Part shown: positions 33,201-45,900 of the stretch, one piece after another | Layout of the letters: every line of letters begins with the position of its first letter | Numbering within the stretch: position 1 is the stretch's first letter | From: Felis catus | Taxonomy: Eukaryota | Reading direction: 5' to 3' | Assembly (NCBI RefSeq): GCF_018350175.1 | Contig: NC_058369.1 | Coordinates: 1,304,001 to 1,368,000 of the forward strand | Length of the DNA: 64,000 bases | Translations under genes and position numbers: made by a program | Notes under the pieces: model-generated | Told to the model about the DNA's origin: nothing | The model's database searches: none | What the model saw: only the letters and a program-made list of their open reading frames with translations

Positions 33201-36200
33201 CTGGTCCCCCCAAGCGCAGGGAGCCCTGCTCTGTGCCAGGCACACTGCCCATCACCTGTGGGCCGGGTTGAAGTACCAGTCACGTCAGGGTTAGGCTCCC
33301 AGCGGCCAAGGCCAAGGCAACAGACACGGCCTGTCGCCTGAGTCTGTGGGCGGCTCCCCTGCAGGTCCCAAGGAACTCCGGGCTCAGGACGCCCACCATG
33401 CCTGCCGCCTACCACAACTTTCCACGGCCCGTGATTCTCCTGAAGACAAGGCAGGCTCTCCCGAGAGAAAAGCTGGGACCTGCCTTGTGTCACAGAAGCC
33501 ACCTGACACTGCTCCCAACGAGGGAAGGATTTATAGAGGACAAGTAGGCAGGAGCCCCGTGGTGGGGACCGGAGCCAAGACACCGGCATCAAGTCATGAG
33601 CGCTAAGGTGTGAACAGACAGCGGGCACTCCCCAGTGTGGGGACGGCGGGGGTCTACTGAGAGGCCGGAGAAAGGGCAGCCCAGCGGCAAGGGGACACCC
33701 AGCACCCAGAGCTCGGCGCCTAAACCCCACACCAACAAACGGGGCCAGGCTCCTTGGAGAAATGGAGGGTTCCAGGCCAGAGCGCGGGAAGCAGGTGGCA
33801 GAAGGGAAGGAGGCGCTGTCTGGAGAGATCCCAGGACGCGAGACCGGGACCCAGTGCCCCTTCAACGCTTTCCTTGCAGCATCCTGCACCAGGGGCTCAC
33901 AGATGCCACGGAGCCCTGCGCCCCCAGCCACCCCCGCGCCAATCGACGAACCGGGATCGGGGTCCTCCAGCTTCTCCTTCAGGCGGGGGAACGCGGGGCG
34001 TAGGGACTCGGGGTACTTCAGGAACACCTTGTACATGATCAGGACAGCCTTCTTCCGAATGTACGGCTTGGTGTGCGACATCTGCAGGGACAGAGGTCCG
34101 GTCAGCCTCCCCGCCACACCGCTACTCTCCCGGCGCCGGCCCAGTCACCTCCCCCGCTGCCCCTGTCGCCCTCCCCGCACCCACCCAGCTCACCTGTCCT
34201 GCTCACCTGTCCTGCATCTGCCCGAGTCTCCCCTCCATCACCCGAAGGAAAGCCCTCTCTCCAGCTCATCTGGTTTCTGGCCTCCAAGCCAGGCCTGCTC
34301 ACCTGCTCCACTGCCCCCAGCCCAGGGGTCACACGATAGTGTCGTGGACAGAACTGAAACCTGCTTCCCTGTGCCCGTGACCCCAGGCCCGCCCTCCGGA
34401 GGCTGAGACCCTTGTCATACGCTGGCTGGAACCCGATGAGGGACAGACAGAGGGACGGGGCCCTGAACTGGAAAGCAAGCCTCTGCCTCACGAGCCTCCA
34501 GCTGCCGAGGCCCGTTCCCACAGCAGGGTGCCAGGGCCCCCTCCACACGTGACCGTCTCGGACTCGTGTCCTTTCGGGACTCTGCTCTGGCCAGAAAGGC
34601 CTCCTGCCTCCGACGCGCATGGGCCCTGGGGACCTTGCCCCAAGAGAGCTCCCAGCCCCACGACCCAGCACCGTCTGGGCCGGAAGGGCAGAACTCTTGC
34701 TCCGGCTCTCGAGAGCCACCAGGGACACGATGTGAACGAGTGGGCGGGGCCGAATGTGGGCAAAGTCAGTTACGACCGGGCCAGCTGCATGGGGCAGGGC
34801 CGAGGCGCACCAGCCCCCTTTCTAGAAGCTGCTGGCACACACAGTCTGAGACCACAGGCTGAGACTGATCCATCCACATGGCAAACAGGCTGACCTGGAC
34901 GGACGGACCTGTCCGGGGGGAACGCAGCCGCCCGTCTGCTCTGCCCAGATAAAACCGGATGGGAAAAGGCCTCCCAATTAGCTGAAGATTCAGGTGTACG
35001 GCTGGTGCCCCTGAGGACCACGATTTCTAAGAGGACATCTGCGTTTTAGAAAGATGCTCCGACAGCCTAGCGAGGAGCCCTGGGTGGGGTCCTGGCCCTT
35101 CAGGTGGACCGAACCACCGGAAGTCAAGTTGTGGCCAGAGGGGAACACGGCATCAGGGGTGGAGCCGGAAGAACCACGCTAGCCACGTGCAGGGCCTGCT
35201 GCCACAACCGCCACGGCCACCACCGGGCAGGGAGGCGGCAAGTGGCAGGGACGCGCCGGAGGGCGTGGGCGCTCGCCCCGGGCCCCGGGCAGGGCCAGTG
35301 AAAGAAGGTGACGAAGGGATGTGAGGGTGGAGACAGCCGGAGCCCGGGGCCCCACCGGTGAGGGGGTGGGGGACACGGCAGCCCGGTTCCCCGTGTCTTG
35401 CGGGGGAACCCGGCCCGCTCCCACGTGCCCGAGTGTCCCCGGTGTGACCGTTAACCTCCATTTTCCAGGCACCCGGACGGACCAAGTCACGTCACGGGGC
35501 AAAGGCCAAGGGGGTCGGGTACTCTCGCAAACTCACCAGTGTCATGATGTCGTTGGCCAAGTCTCTGGCAAGATCTGGGGTAACAAAACAGGACAGGCCA
35601 GTCAGTGCAACGCCAGTGTCGTACTGGCTGGGGCTGCTCAGGTCCTGGAAAGGGAAGGAGGAGGGTCAGCGGGCAGGTGCCACCCGGGCATCACGGGCTC
35701 CCGGCCCGCAGTCTGGGGCTGTGCCTGTCTGAGGAGTAGCGAGCAGCAGCCCATTCTGGGACTGTCCCCGAAGAGCTGGGACGGTGGGAGAGCCGTCCCC
35801 GCCCCGCTGGGCACAGAGGCCCACGGCGGGCACCGCCCTCCACACAGACACAGCCCGGCGTCCCAGGGCCGTGACCACAGGCGGGGCCGAGCCTGTACCA
35901 GTGCCCGGCTCGCGAACTGCCCGCCTGTTTGTGATCCCAGACGTGAGGGGAAGGCAAGTCCGGCCGGCCCTAACCGCCCCTAACCGCCCCCCAGGCCTGC
36001 GGCGGGGGTCCCCAGAGCAGAACCAGGGGCCACTCCTCCGGCCCCGCCCAAAGGCACGGCACCTACGGCCCAAGGTTCGTGTTTCGGGCCGGCAGCCGCC
36101 AGAGGCCTCTGGTTACACAGCGCAGAAGGGCCCGGCCTCCACGCCAGGGAAGCATCGTCTGTGCCAGAAACCTGCCCTGGGGATGCTTTCCTAAGGAACC

Positions 36201-39200
36201 CCCCAAACCCCATCTATACGTGGTAAAAACAGACTGAGAGGCATTTTAGGAGTTGACCTTCCAGACTGTGGGGACAACCTGAAGAGGCCAACTTCGGAAA
36301 CCCACTCCAGCCCAGGCTGACGGGACGGAACCAAGGGGGAGCCCAGGCCCTGGACGGCCAGGCTCCTACTTCAGCGAGACTTACGCGGGGCTTTTCAGAG
36401 ATAGAAGTTTCTGGGGAGGACGCCTGCGTCACCATTAAGTGGGAGGAGCCCCAGACGAGGGGACGGGGGTGGGGCCGGTCTGGGGAAGCCGTGTTTCAGA
36501 AGTCACGGGTTTATTTAAATGACACACGTGGGGGGGCTCAGTCGGTTCAATGTCCAACTCTTTATTTCGGCCCAGGTTGTGATCTCATGGGTTTGTGAGA
36601 TCGGGCCCCATGTCGGGCTCTGTGCTGACAGCAGAAACCTAAGCAACGCGCCTCTAGCACATGTCCACGCGGAGATGTCTGAACGGAAGTCCTTACAAAG
36701 GGGTGGGTGGGGGCACGGCTGCGTCCTGGCACTGGGCCAGAGACCGTTCTCGCCGGGCGGGCAGGCTCCCCCCCCGCCGTAGGCTCCCACAGTGGCCGCT
36801 CCCAGCTGGGCTTGCCCCTCGAGGCCCCGTGGCGTCCGCTTCCGCCATGCAACCTGACCACCGCTACCTCCTCACGACCACGGGCTCGCGTGCTCAGACC
36901 AGTGGCCTGGCCCACGCCAAGCACCCACACACACCCCGGCCAGGAGCCCGGCCCGGGTCACCGGGTGCCCCCGCGAGGGCGACCGCAACTCACGGGGTCC
37001 GGCCCGCAAACCCCACCGCCGGTGAGCTCTGCCTCTCCCTGACACCCCCTCACTACCGCACAAAAGACGCTCGAAGCTCTGCGGCCGAGGAAGAAAGTTA
37101 CCACTCGGTGACCTTCAAGACTAAGACACAAAAACTTACACATGACTGAGATGTGTACGCAGCGTGACTAAAAGGGCCCGCAGGCAGGGAGGCCCCCGCG
37201 GGAAGGGCGTGCAGCCCCGAGGAGCACGCCCAGAGGGACAGGGGCCTGAGACAGCCCTCCAACTCCCAGAGGGCCCCCCCCCTGCCACTGGGGCAGGGAA
37301 GGGGGACGTCTGGCAACCTCCAGCCTCGCCACTGCCCGAGGGCAGGGAGACGGGCCCGCCACACCACTCCTGGGCGTCTCCTGCCGATGCCCTGGCCACA
37401 TTCACGAGCCACGGGCTTGCGAAGGGGGTCACGACAGTGAGAGCTTGTGGGCCTCGCTGCTTTCGACTCGCCGCTCGTTCGGAGCAGAAAAGCCAGCGTG
37501 GAGGACACTACGGGGACAGGGTGACTCGAGGGCACTCGGTGAGGGCCAAGGACGGCCTACCTTGCGGATCTGGTTCGTCGTCAGCATGATGACGTCGGTC
37601 CCCTCGTGAAAGCACTGGGAAGCAGCGAGGTAGCCGATCCGCTGTGAGTCAGACACAGGGCGTCACACACGAGGCAGGGGCCGGGCGCCCTGGGCAGAAG
37701 CCCCCAGGCCGCCCCCCGAGCTCTGTGCCAAGCAGCCCCCTGGTCAGGCAGTGACAGCCTGCAGCTGGCCGCGGGAACACTGGTGGGTGGGTGCCAGAAA
37801 GTCATTCTAGGAGGAGGAGGAGGAGGAGGAGGAGGAGGAGGAAGAAACTGCTCCTGAGTTCCAGACCCGGCCTTTGAAATGCAAGTTCTCATAAGGTCCG
37901 CCAGACCAGCCGGTCCTCTCCCCAGCATGTGTCCTGACAGCCTCCTGGGCAGCCAGGAGCTCCCTTTACGATCGAATCCGTAAGTCATCACAAGCACTGG
38001 GTTTTCTTAGCACTCGGGTCCCTCTGCCAGGCTGACGCAGACACCTACGTCACACTGGCACACGGACGAGATGCTCTCGTACACGTGCAGAGCGCCTCCC
38101 GGTTTTGGCAACACAACATCTTGTCTCTTCACCGAGAGTAACCCGTGGGCAGGATGACGGTGTCCTTCAGAGGGAGCGCGGGGCTGACCCAGGCAGTGAC
38201 CCTTAGGCGGGCGCGAGGCCCGGGGGACCTGGAAATGGTCTCAGCTGCCCGGCTGGTGAGACCCCAGGAAAACTACGGAATGCCCTCAACTGGGCCACAC
38301 AGACGGCCGATCGTTTTTCAGAATATTTACGAGTTATGATATCGAGTGAGGAGGCAGCGCTCCAGATCCCTCACAAGCCGGACCCCTGCGAGGTGAAGGA
38401 AAACGCTCAGAAAGGACCACGAGGCCCTGGGGCCAGGTGACAAGTGGTGGCCTCTGTGCAAGACCGTCAGCGCTTTCTCGTTTTTTGGACAGTTACACAT
38501 TTATCTTTACTGGCGTTAAAAAATACAGGGCACCAGGGTGGCTCAGTCAGTTGAGCATCTGACTTCAACTGAGGTCATGATCTCACGGTTCATGGGTTTG
38601 AGCCCCGCATCTGGCTGGCTGCTGTCAGCTCAGAGCCTGCTTCAGATCCACTGCCTACCCCCCCCCCGCCCCTCCCCCGTGCACATGCTTTCTCTCAAAA
38701 ATAAACACTAAAAATAAGATACACAGACATAATCCTACGGACCCATCATTTCGCTGACATTCCTCAAAGTTGAAAAAGGAAATCACACAAATGGCATTAA
38801 CAAATAACGTGACAAACGTGAGCTGGTGATGTTTGAGGCGTGGAGGTTTGATTGGAACAGGCCGCTCGTGTCCCACACTCTGTTTCTGCGTGGCCCCCGG
38901 CCACGGACACCCTCACCCTCTGCCACCACGCGGTTCAGGTCTCAAAGCAAGCTCGCCCGCCTCACCTTGAACGTGAACTTGGAGGCGCTCATCACTTCTA
39001 TGATGTTGAAGGCAGCCCAGCTGATGTCATAGCCCAACATTTGTAACTGTTGAAGAGACAGGCGCAGTGATTTTCACTCACACGCCGAGGCTTGAGCCCC
39101 AACGTCCAACATTCTGTCTCAGCTCCTATGGGACCGCCACACGCTTCCCGAACAGGCGGGCCTCTCCACGCACACACCCCGGGGCATTTCATTTCTTCTT

Positions 39201-42200
39201 CTGACGGGCTTGCCTTCCCATTGAAAACCACAGGACCACGTTAATCACAAACACAGGAGGAAGGCCTGTGGTTGAAATACTCGCGTCCAGGAGTACTGGT
39301 TAAAATTCCCCACACCCCCAAAGTGACGAGGCGCCCCTGGCAAGCCTTCCACCTCCCTTCTGACCAGCAGAGGGGCCAGAAGAGGGGGGCCTGGCCCAGG
39401 CCAGGCGGGGTCCGCCATGCCCCGAGCCCCAGGGTCGTCGCGGCGTGCCTTCCCTCAACTTCGTGCCAAGGCCGGCGCCTGGGGATGACGGTGTCAATGT
39501 CTGGCAGGCGGGTAGAAGCGGACGGTGGACGGATAAACGGGTGGACAGAAGGACGGACGGAGGGATGGTGGAGTCTACAACCCGCCTGGCGGCGTCGGCG
39601 TTGGGGGGGGCTCCGCCCGAGCAAACGGTCCGCGGTACTTACGTAGGTCAGCTTGCAGACCGCGTTGGCTTTTACTGCGATGTTGTCTTGCTTCAGCTCT
39701 TGCTTGATCTCATCAATGCACTGAGAGATATACTTTGCCTAAAAGGGAAGCAGACAGCGTTGGAAAATCCCACGTGTCTAAAACGGTCAAGAAAGCAGCA
39801 AACGCAAGAGGCCGCCTGCCGTGCGATTCCGCTGGCGTGAAACACCCCGAGCAGGCACATCCACACACACAGGAAGCAGGCTGGTGGGTGTCGGGGGCTG
39901 GGGAGGGGGGCTGGGGTGACACAGTGCTCTGAAGCTCACTGCGGTGACGGCTGCCCGACTCCTGAACGCACCGGCGAGACACCGCACGGGTGACTCGTAC
40001 GGCACGCGAGCGTCTAATAGAGCTGGCACTTAAAGAAGCCGCTTCGGCAAGACGCCCGGGGGTCCCTCAGTCCTGAGAGGACAGGACGACGGTGAGAGCC
40101 GGACTCCCTGCCACGGAAGCAGGTGCCGCAACACGTTATTCCATTTTCGCAACTTGTGCGCACAGCTGACGTTTCCCTTCTCTTTCTTTTTAAGCACTGT
40201 CTGCACTCAACGCGGGGCTCAACTCACAGCCCCGAGACCAAGAGTCCTATGCCCTCTTCTCATTGAGCCGTCCAGGCGCCCCCTAGCGGTGGTTTTCTGT
40301 GTCGCCACGCTTTAAAAGTTAAAAAAGAACTTCAACACAGAACAACATTAAGACACGGGGTCCTCTAGTTTTAACAGCTCGCACCGAGACTCGCACAAGG
40401 CCCGGAAGTAACCCCCAGGTCCCGCCGTCCACCCGCTGACGCCGGCTGCTCGACACCCAGCTCTCCCGTCCGGTCCTGCCCTGGCGGCAGCGAGCTCGTC
40501 TGGGCGTCTCCGTGGCGCCCGCTGGCTTCTCTCAACGGGCACCATGTCGGGGCTCGTGCCCGCGGTAGCACAGGGTCTGTGCCTTGCTCTGTCTCCCCCC
40601 CACACACGTAGGCCACCTCGTGTTTATCCGTTTGAAGGATGGACACTTGCAAACTGCCCACTTTTTCAACTCCAGGAGTCACGCCGCAGGGGTTGCGGGG
40701 ACACGGTCTGAGGATTCCCTCGGGTTTCCTCGCTGATTCGGCACGTCCACCACTCAAACGGGCTCGGCCCGAAGCAGTACTGACACGCGAAGTCAAGAGC
40801 CACGGGTGTGCCCCTCTGGGGGGGGGGGGGCGCCAGGCTCCTTTCACCCCTGCCCAGAAGAGGCCTCAGAGAGGAGCCACGACGCGAGTGGCCACCGCAG
40901 GGCTCGGAACGAGTTTGTCGGGTCAGTGCCCCAGCCCCGCACGTGCCCAGCACTCCATGCAGCACGAGGAGCCTCCCGTCTGTCACGTGGCCAACAGCAA
41001 CCACCGCTCGGATGTGCCCAGTTGGGCACCTGCCGGCAGGACTCGGTGGTCAGCCCCTGGATGCCGTCCCCAGGGTGACCGCATCCCGAGAGACCAGGGT
41101 GGCAGGCCCATGGCGGACTCCTGCTCCAAGTGTCCTGTACGCTGGCCGTGCACCCTGCACTCCCGTCCCCCGAGGCCACACCCTGCTCGGCCCCGAGACG
41201 CTCCTCTGCCTGAAGCACAGGCTCCTGGGGACAGGAGCCATCGGAGCCCTCTCTCAGCCAGGGAAGAGTTCATGAATATTTTACGATCAGAGTCGGTGCA
41301 ATGGAGCAAGTGTCACTGTATCCTTCCAACAGGCTTCCAGTTACTAAATCCCACTTGGGAATCTTCACTTGCTGTCCCTGCACACAGATGGCCCTTCCTG
41401 CATCCTGGATCATGACCGTTAACCATTTAAAAGGGGAAAAAATAGGGGGCTGTCTGGCTGAATGGGTGGGGCATCCAACTCTTGATCCCAGGGTCGAGAG
41501 TTCGAGCCCCACACTGGGCGCGGAGCCTACTCTGAATGAACGAATGAACGAAATGGAAAGGACAGGCAGACAGTGACAAGTGTGGGGGGACTCACGCTTA
41601 CGCACGGAAGACGGGGCCAGGTGATGGCCCGGCAGCGCTCCCAGGCGCGCACTCAAGAACGGGGGGGCTGACCGTGCAGTGGCAGGACTCGTGACGGCCC
41701 CCAAGCACGAACTCGAATGTTCTGCGGCTGCTGACGCGTTTGCACACAGTCTAGGGACCTCCCCACCCCGGCTTTCGGGAGAGCCAGGCGGAGTCCACTT
41801 CTGCCGCCGTCCACGGAGCTCCCATCAGTCCCAGGCTCCCCCAGGTACGGCTTTAAAACTATCTGGAGACACAAAAGCACCGGGTAATGTCTCTCCTGGC
41901 TTTTATCTCAAGCACCCCACAGAGCAGTCAAGGCCTGGGGCTCCTGGCTTCCAGAACCAGAACACAGGGCAGCTGCCACTCAAGGAAGGAAATCCCAGGG
42001 GGCGGGGGACTGGTGGGGGGGCGATGGTGCCCACACGCTAACACAGAAACTCAGCCCGAATCCGAGGCTGACCCCAGAGCTAGGCATGCACGGCACGTTC
42101 CAGCTAAAGCAAAAAGAAACGAACACACCGCACCCGCCCCCTGCCCGCAGCGAGGAAGGCAGAGCTGGAGTCTCAGCCCAGACAACAAGCTAACTGCCCC

Positions 42201-42899
42201 TTAAAGTAACCCTGCCCCCCAATCAACACGCCTCAGAGAAGATAACACAGTCTGGAGCCTCCAAAAACGTATCAGTCACAACGTCCAGGATTCGGTCTGA
42301 AGCTACTCAAAACTAGAAACGGGACCATGTCACCCGTACCCACGAAAAAGAGACGAGCCACGAACACTGGCCTTGAGGTAGCCCAAAGGATGGAATTAGC
42401 ACACGAAGGGTTCAGCTCGGCCCCTGTGACCAGAAAAAAGGAGGCGCTCACCAAGAAGGAGAGGAGGAGAAACCTCAGCGAACACAAGTGGTAGGAAATA
42501 AGCCAGCGGAGGTTCTAGAAAGATAATTTCTGAAACAAAGAATGCACGGAACGGACTGAAGGCAAATTGGAGCTGGAGAGAGAAGTCAGCGCATCTGAAG
42601 GTGCGACAATAGTAACCGTCCGGTCTGAAGGGGAGAAAAGTTCGAGGAAAGGGGGGCAGAGCCCCAGGTCTGTGGGACAAGGGCACGCGGCAGGACAGGC
42701 ATGTAACCGGTGTCCCAGGAAAGGAAGGGTGGGACAGAGAACACATCTGAAACGAGAACGATTGAAACTCCCCCACACGTAGTGAGAGATGTCCACGTAC
42801 AGGTTCAAGCTCAGCACCAACCAACAGAGAACGAAAAGAAAACCACACCCACACATCCCCAAGTCAAACGGCCAAAAACTGAAAATTAGGAGAAAATCT

Positions 42900-42939
<40 letters not shown>

Positions 42940-45900
42940 TTAGGTAATCTCTATGCCCAACGTGGGGCTCAAAGTCGCAGATCAAGAGCCACGTGCTGCA
43001 CTGGCTGAACCGGCCAGGCCGATGACATCTGTCCCTGCACCTCGGGGCACTCCCGGGGGGAGGGACACATGAGCCTGCTTGAACTGGAGCTGTGGGTACA
43101 GAGGAGGCGCCTGGCTCGCGGCCCGCGCACCTGGGAAAGGCAGGGAGGTGACGAAGGACCGGAGAGCACGTGCTCACGCAGGAGGCTTCAGTACTGACCT
43201 CGAACGGGGTCGCAGCAAGTCGAAGGAAGGAAAGCGGAGCCCCGTGGCCACGTTAATCTCTCATTTACACGCAACATCACTAACAAGGAACAGGCTGGTC
43301 AGGGTGGGCGGGCGGATCGGGATCTGCGTCCAGACAACGCTATTAAAAACATACGTTAGAAAGAGCTTAAAGCCTAAGGTACGAATAGCCACGTATCCTT
43401 GACGTTTAGTAAAAAAGAAAGAAATCGGACGGGCGAGCATGATTCGGACTCTCAAACAGCAAACCAAGCACTGAAATGGACGATGCCCTCTCTGCACCTT
43501 CTTCGCTAGAGAATTTAATTTCCGACAAAGGACACAAAGTTCCCTTCTACAGGACTCCTCAGGTCTATTGTAAGTAGCCATTTCGACCCTGGCCACCTAG
43601 CAGGATTCCCTGCAGCACTTTCTCCCCATAAACGCACTGCTGGCCCCATTATCGACATCCCCACCCAGCACCGAACGTGACGAACCACAGTCCACAGCGG
43701 ACACGAGGTCACTCCTGGTGCGGCACACCCCGTGGGTCCGGACGAATGTCACGGACACCTGCCCACCACCACGGTGTCGTCCGGAGTAGACCCACGGCCC
43801 TGAAACTCCTGTGCTCCTCCCATTCACCCTCCCCCAACCCGGCAGCCGTGCCTCCGTGGTCCTGCCTTGTCTAGAACATCCTGGACTTGGAACCACCCCG
43901 TGTGTCGCCTCCTCAGCCTGGCTTCTGTCACCGAGTGCTGTGCGTCTGAGGCTCCTCCGTGTCTCTTTGTGGCTCGATGGCCCGTTTTCAGTGCCAGATG
44001 GGCCACGGTCTGTCTGTCACCTGCGTGGGCCATGGTCTGTCAGCTGCGTGGACCAGTTCGTCCATCCGTTCACCTGCTGAAGGGGCAGCACACTTGCTCC
44101 AGCCCTTGACGTTTTCACAAGGTTCTCTGGACTGTCCCAAACACGTCAGCTCTGTCCGCGGGCCCCACTGGCTCCCCAGCTCAGGGTCTTGGAGCCCACA
44201 CCACCCTGTCCATGAGCATGAGCCCTGGGCCCCTTATTGGCTGAGACCCCCAGAGCCTGGCATGCACGGGATGTTCCGCCGGAGTGTAAATCAGTGTTCC
44301 GAGCCACTCGAGTTTCTCAGACCAGAAAATGTCAAGTCCTCACGACAACTGGGACAGGGTGGGGACGACTTTCTCCGCCTGATGAAGAACAACCAGGGTG
44401 CTGACCACCATCACCATCATTTCGATACGTTTTAACCCCAAACGAAGGAAGCTGTTCTACCGACCACACTCGAGTGTCAGCAACAACTCAGGACGCCACG
44501 CTAGCGTTTTGCCGTGGATGGGCTCCAACGCCCCTGCGGCCAAGAGGAGCCGCGACAACCTCGGGGAAGGCCTCCCGCGACGCCCCAGACCCACTCAGTC
44601 CCAGTAGCTGGAGACAGTGTGACTCCAGCAGCCTCCCAGCCCCCCCCCCACAGCCAGCCCCCAGCACCCCCCCCCCCAACCCTGCACACACAACAGGCGG
44701 TGCCTGGCAGCCAATCATGGTCATTCCTGTCACCTTCATGGCCCGCGTCACCCTCGGCTCTCACACAGGACAGAGGACCAAGGGGCACCAAGGTCCACCT
44801 AAGGGGCAGGAACGCTATTCAAAACGCTTTGATGCAAATCCATGACGACAGAAGCAGATCCAGGAGGCTGGGGGAGGGGGTAGGGAAGTATCTGTAGACG
44901 GACACGGGTTTCTTTTGGGTGTGACGGAAATGTCCCCAAGTGACATTGTGCTGACAGCTATGCACCGTTTTTTTGGCGACAGAGAGACAGAGAGAGGCAG
45001 AGAGGGAGAGAGAGAATCTCAAGCAGGACCCACGCTCAGGGTGGAGCCCGACACAGAGCTCGATCTCACAACCACGACATCATGACCTGAGCCGCGATCA
45101 GCCGGAGCAGCGGCCAGAAGCCGGCGGCAGGGAGCTCGGTGGCAGGCAGAAGCAGCAGGGACACGAGTTGAGGTGATAAACTCACCAGCAAAGAGTTCAC
45201 TCAAAGAACTTCAGGCAATTATGTTAACGGAACTGCGTAACGTGCTATGTGCCATCACCCCGCAACTTACGAGGATGAGGAGCAAAGCAAATCTGGAAAG
45301 CACACCCTCTGCGTCTGCCCGCGAACAGTCTTCCTCGATTGCCACACGCAGGGTGGGTCCCCGCACGACCCCGACCCGGCTGTGACGCCGTCAAGGTGGC
45401 CACACCGCCTGGTCAGTACAGAGCCCCGTCCACGTGGTCACCCGCGCTCTGAATGACCCCCTCCTCTCGGGCCGGCTAAGGTGCCAAAGCAGCACAGGGA
45501 ACCCAGGGAAGCACCCGGTCATGGCCGAGTCACGGTCACGTTTACCAGTCGAGGACGTAACAGAGGGTGTGACAAATGACAGACACACACAGGGAGGGCT
45601 CCAGGAGGGTCCCGAGTGTAGGAGTGGGCCAGCCGCCACGTCGCCCTCCCAGCACGGGGATGCTTTCACCAAGACCCTCCCCCAACACACAGTTTGGAGA
45701 GGTTTGCAGAGGCGTCATCACCCAGGCGGGATAGGTCGTTAATTCAATCCGTGGCCCATCTCCCTCCCAGAAGATGGCCCACCAGGAGCCACCAAGTCAT
45801 CTCATTAGGACGAAAGTCACTCCTGTCACCCAGGAAATACCGAGAGATCTAGGAGCTCAGGGTCAGGAACAGGGTCAGAGACCAAAAAATAAACGACAAT

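Noticed and set aside
33059..34117. 352-aa minus ORF continuing AP3D1 exon 6 through intron 6
   Set aside because: Only 43 codons are adaptin-like; the rest is intron, and it enters exon 7 out of frame.
41286..41372. Possible intronic C/D snoRNA on the minus strand (GTGAAGA...CTGA, ~80 nt)
   Set aside because: C box is imperfect, there is no terminal stem, and I recognise no rRNA antisense element.
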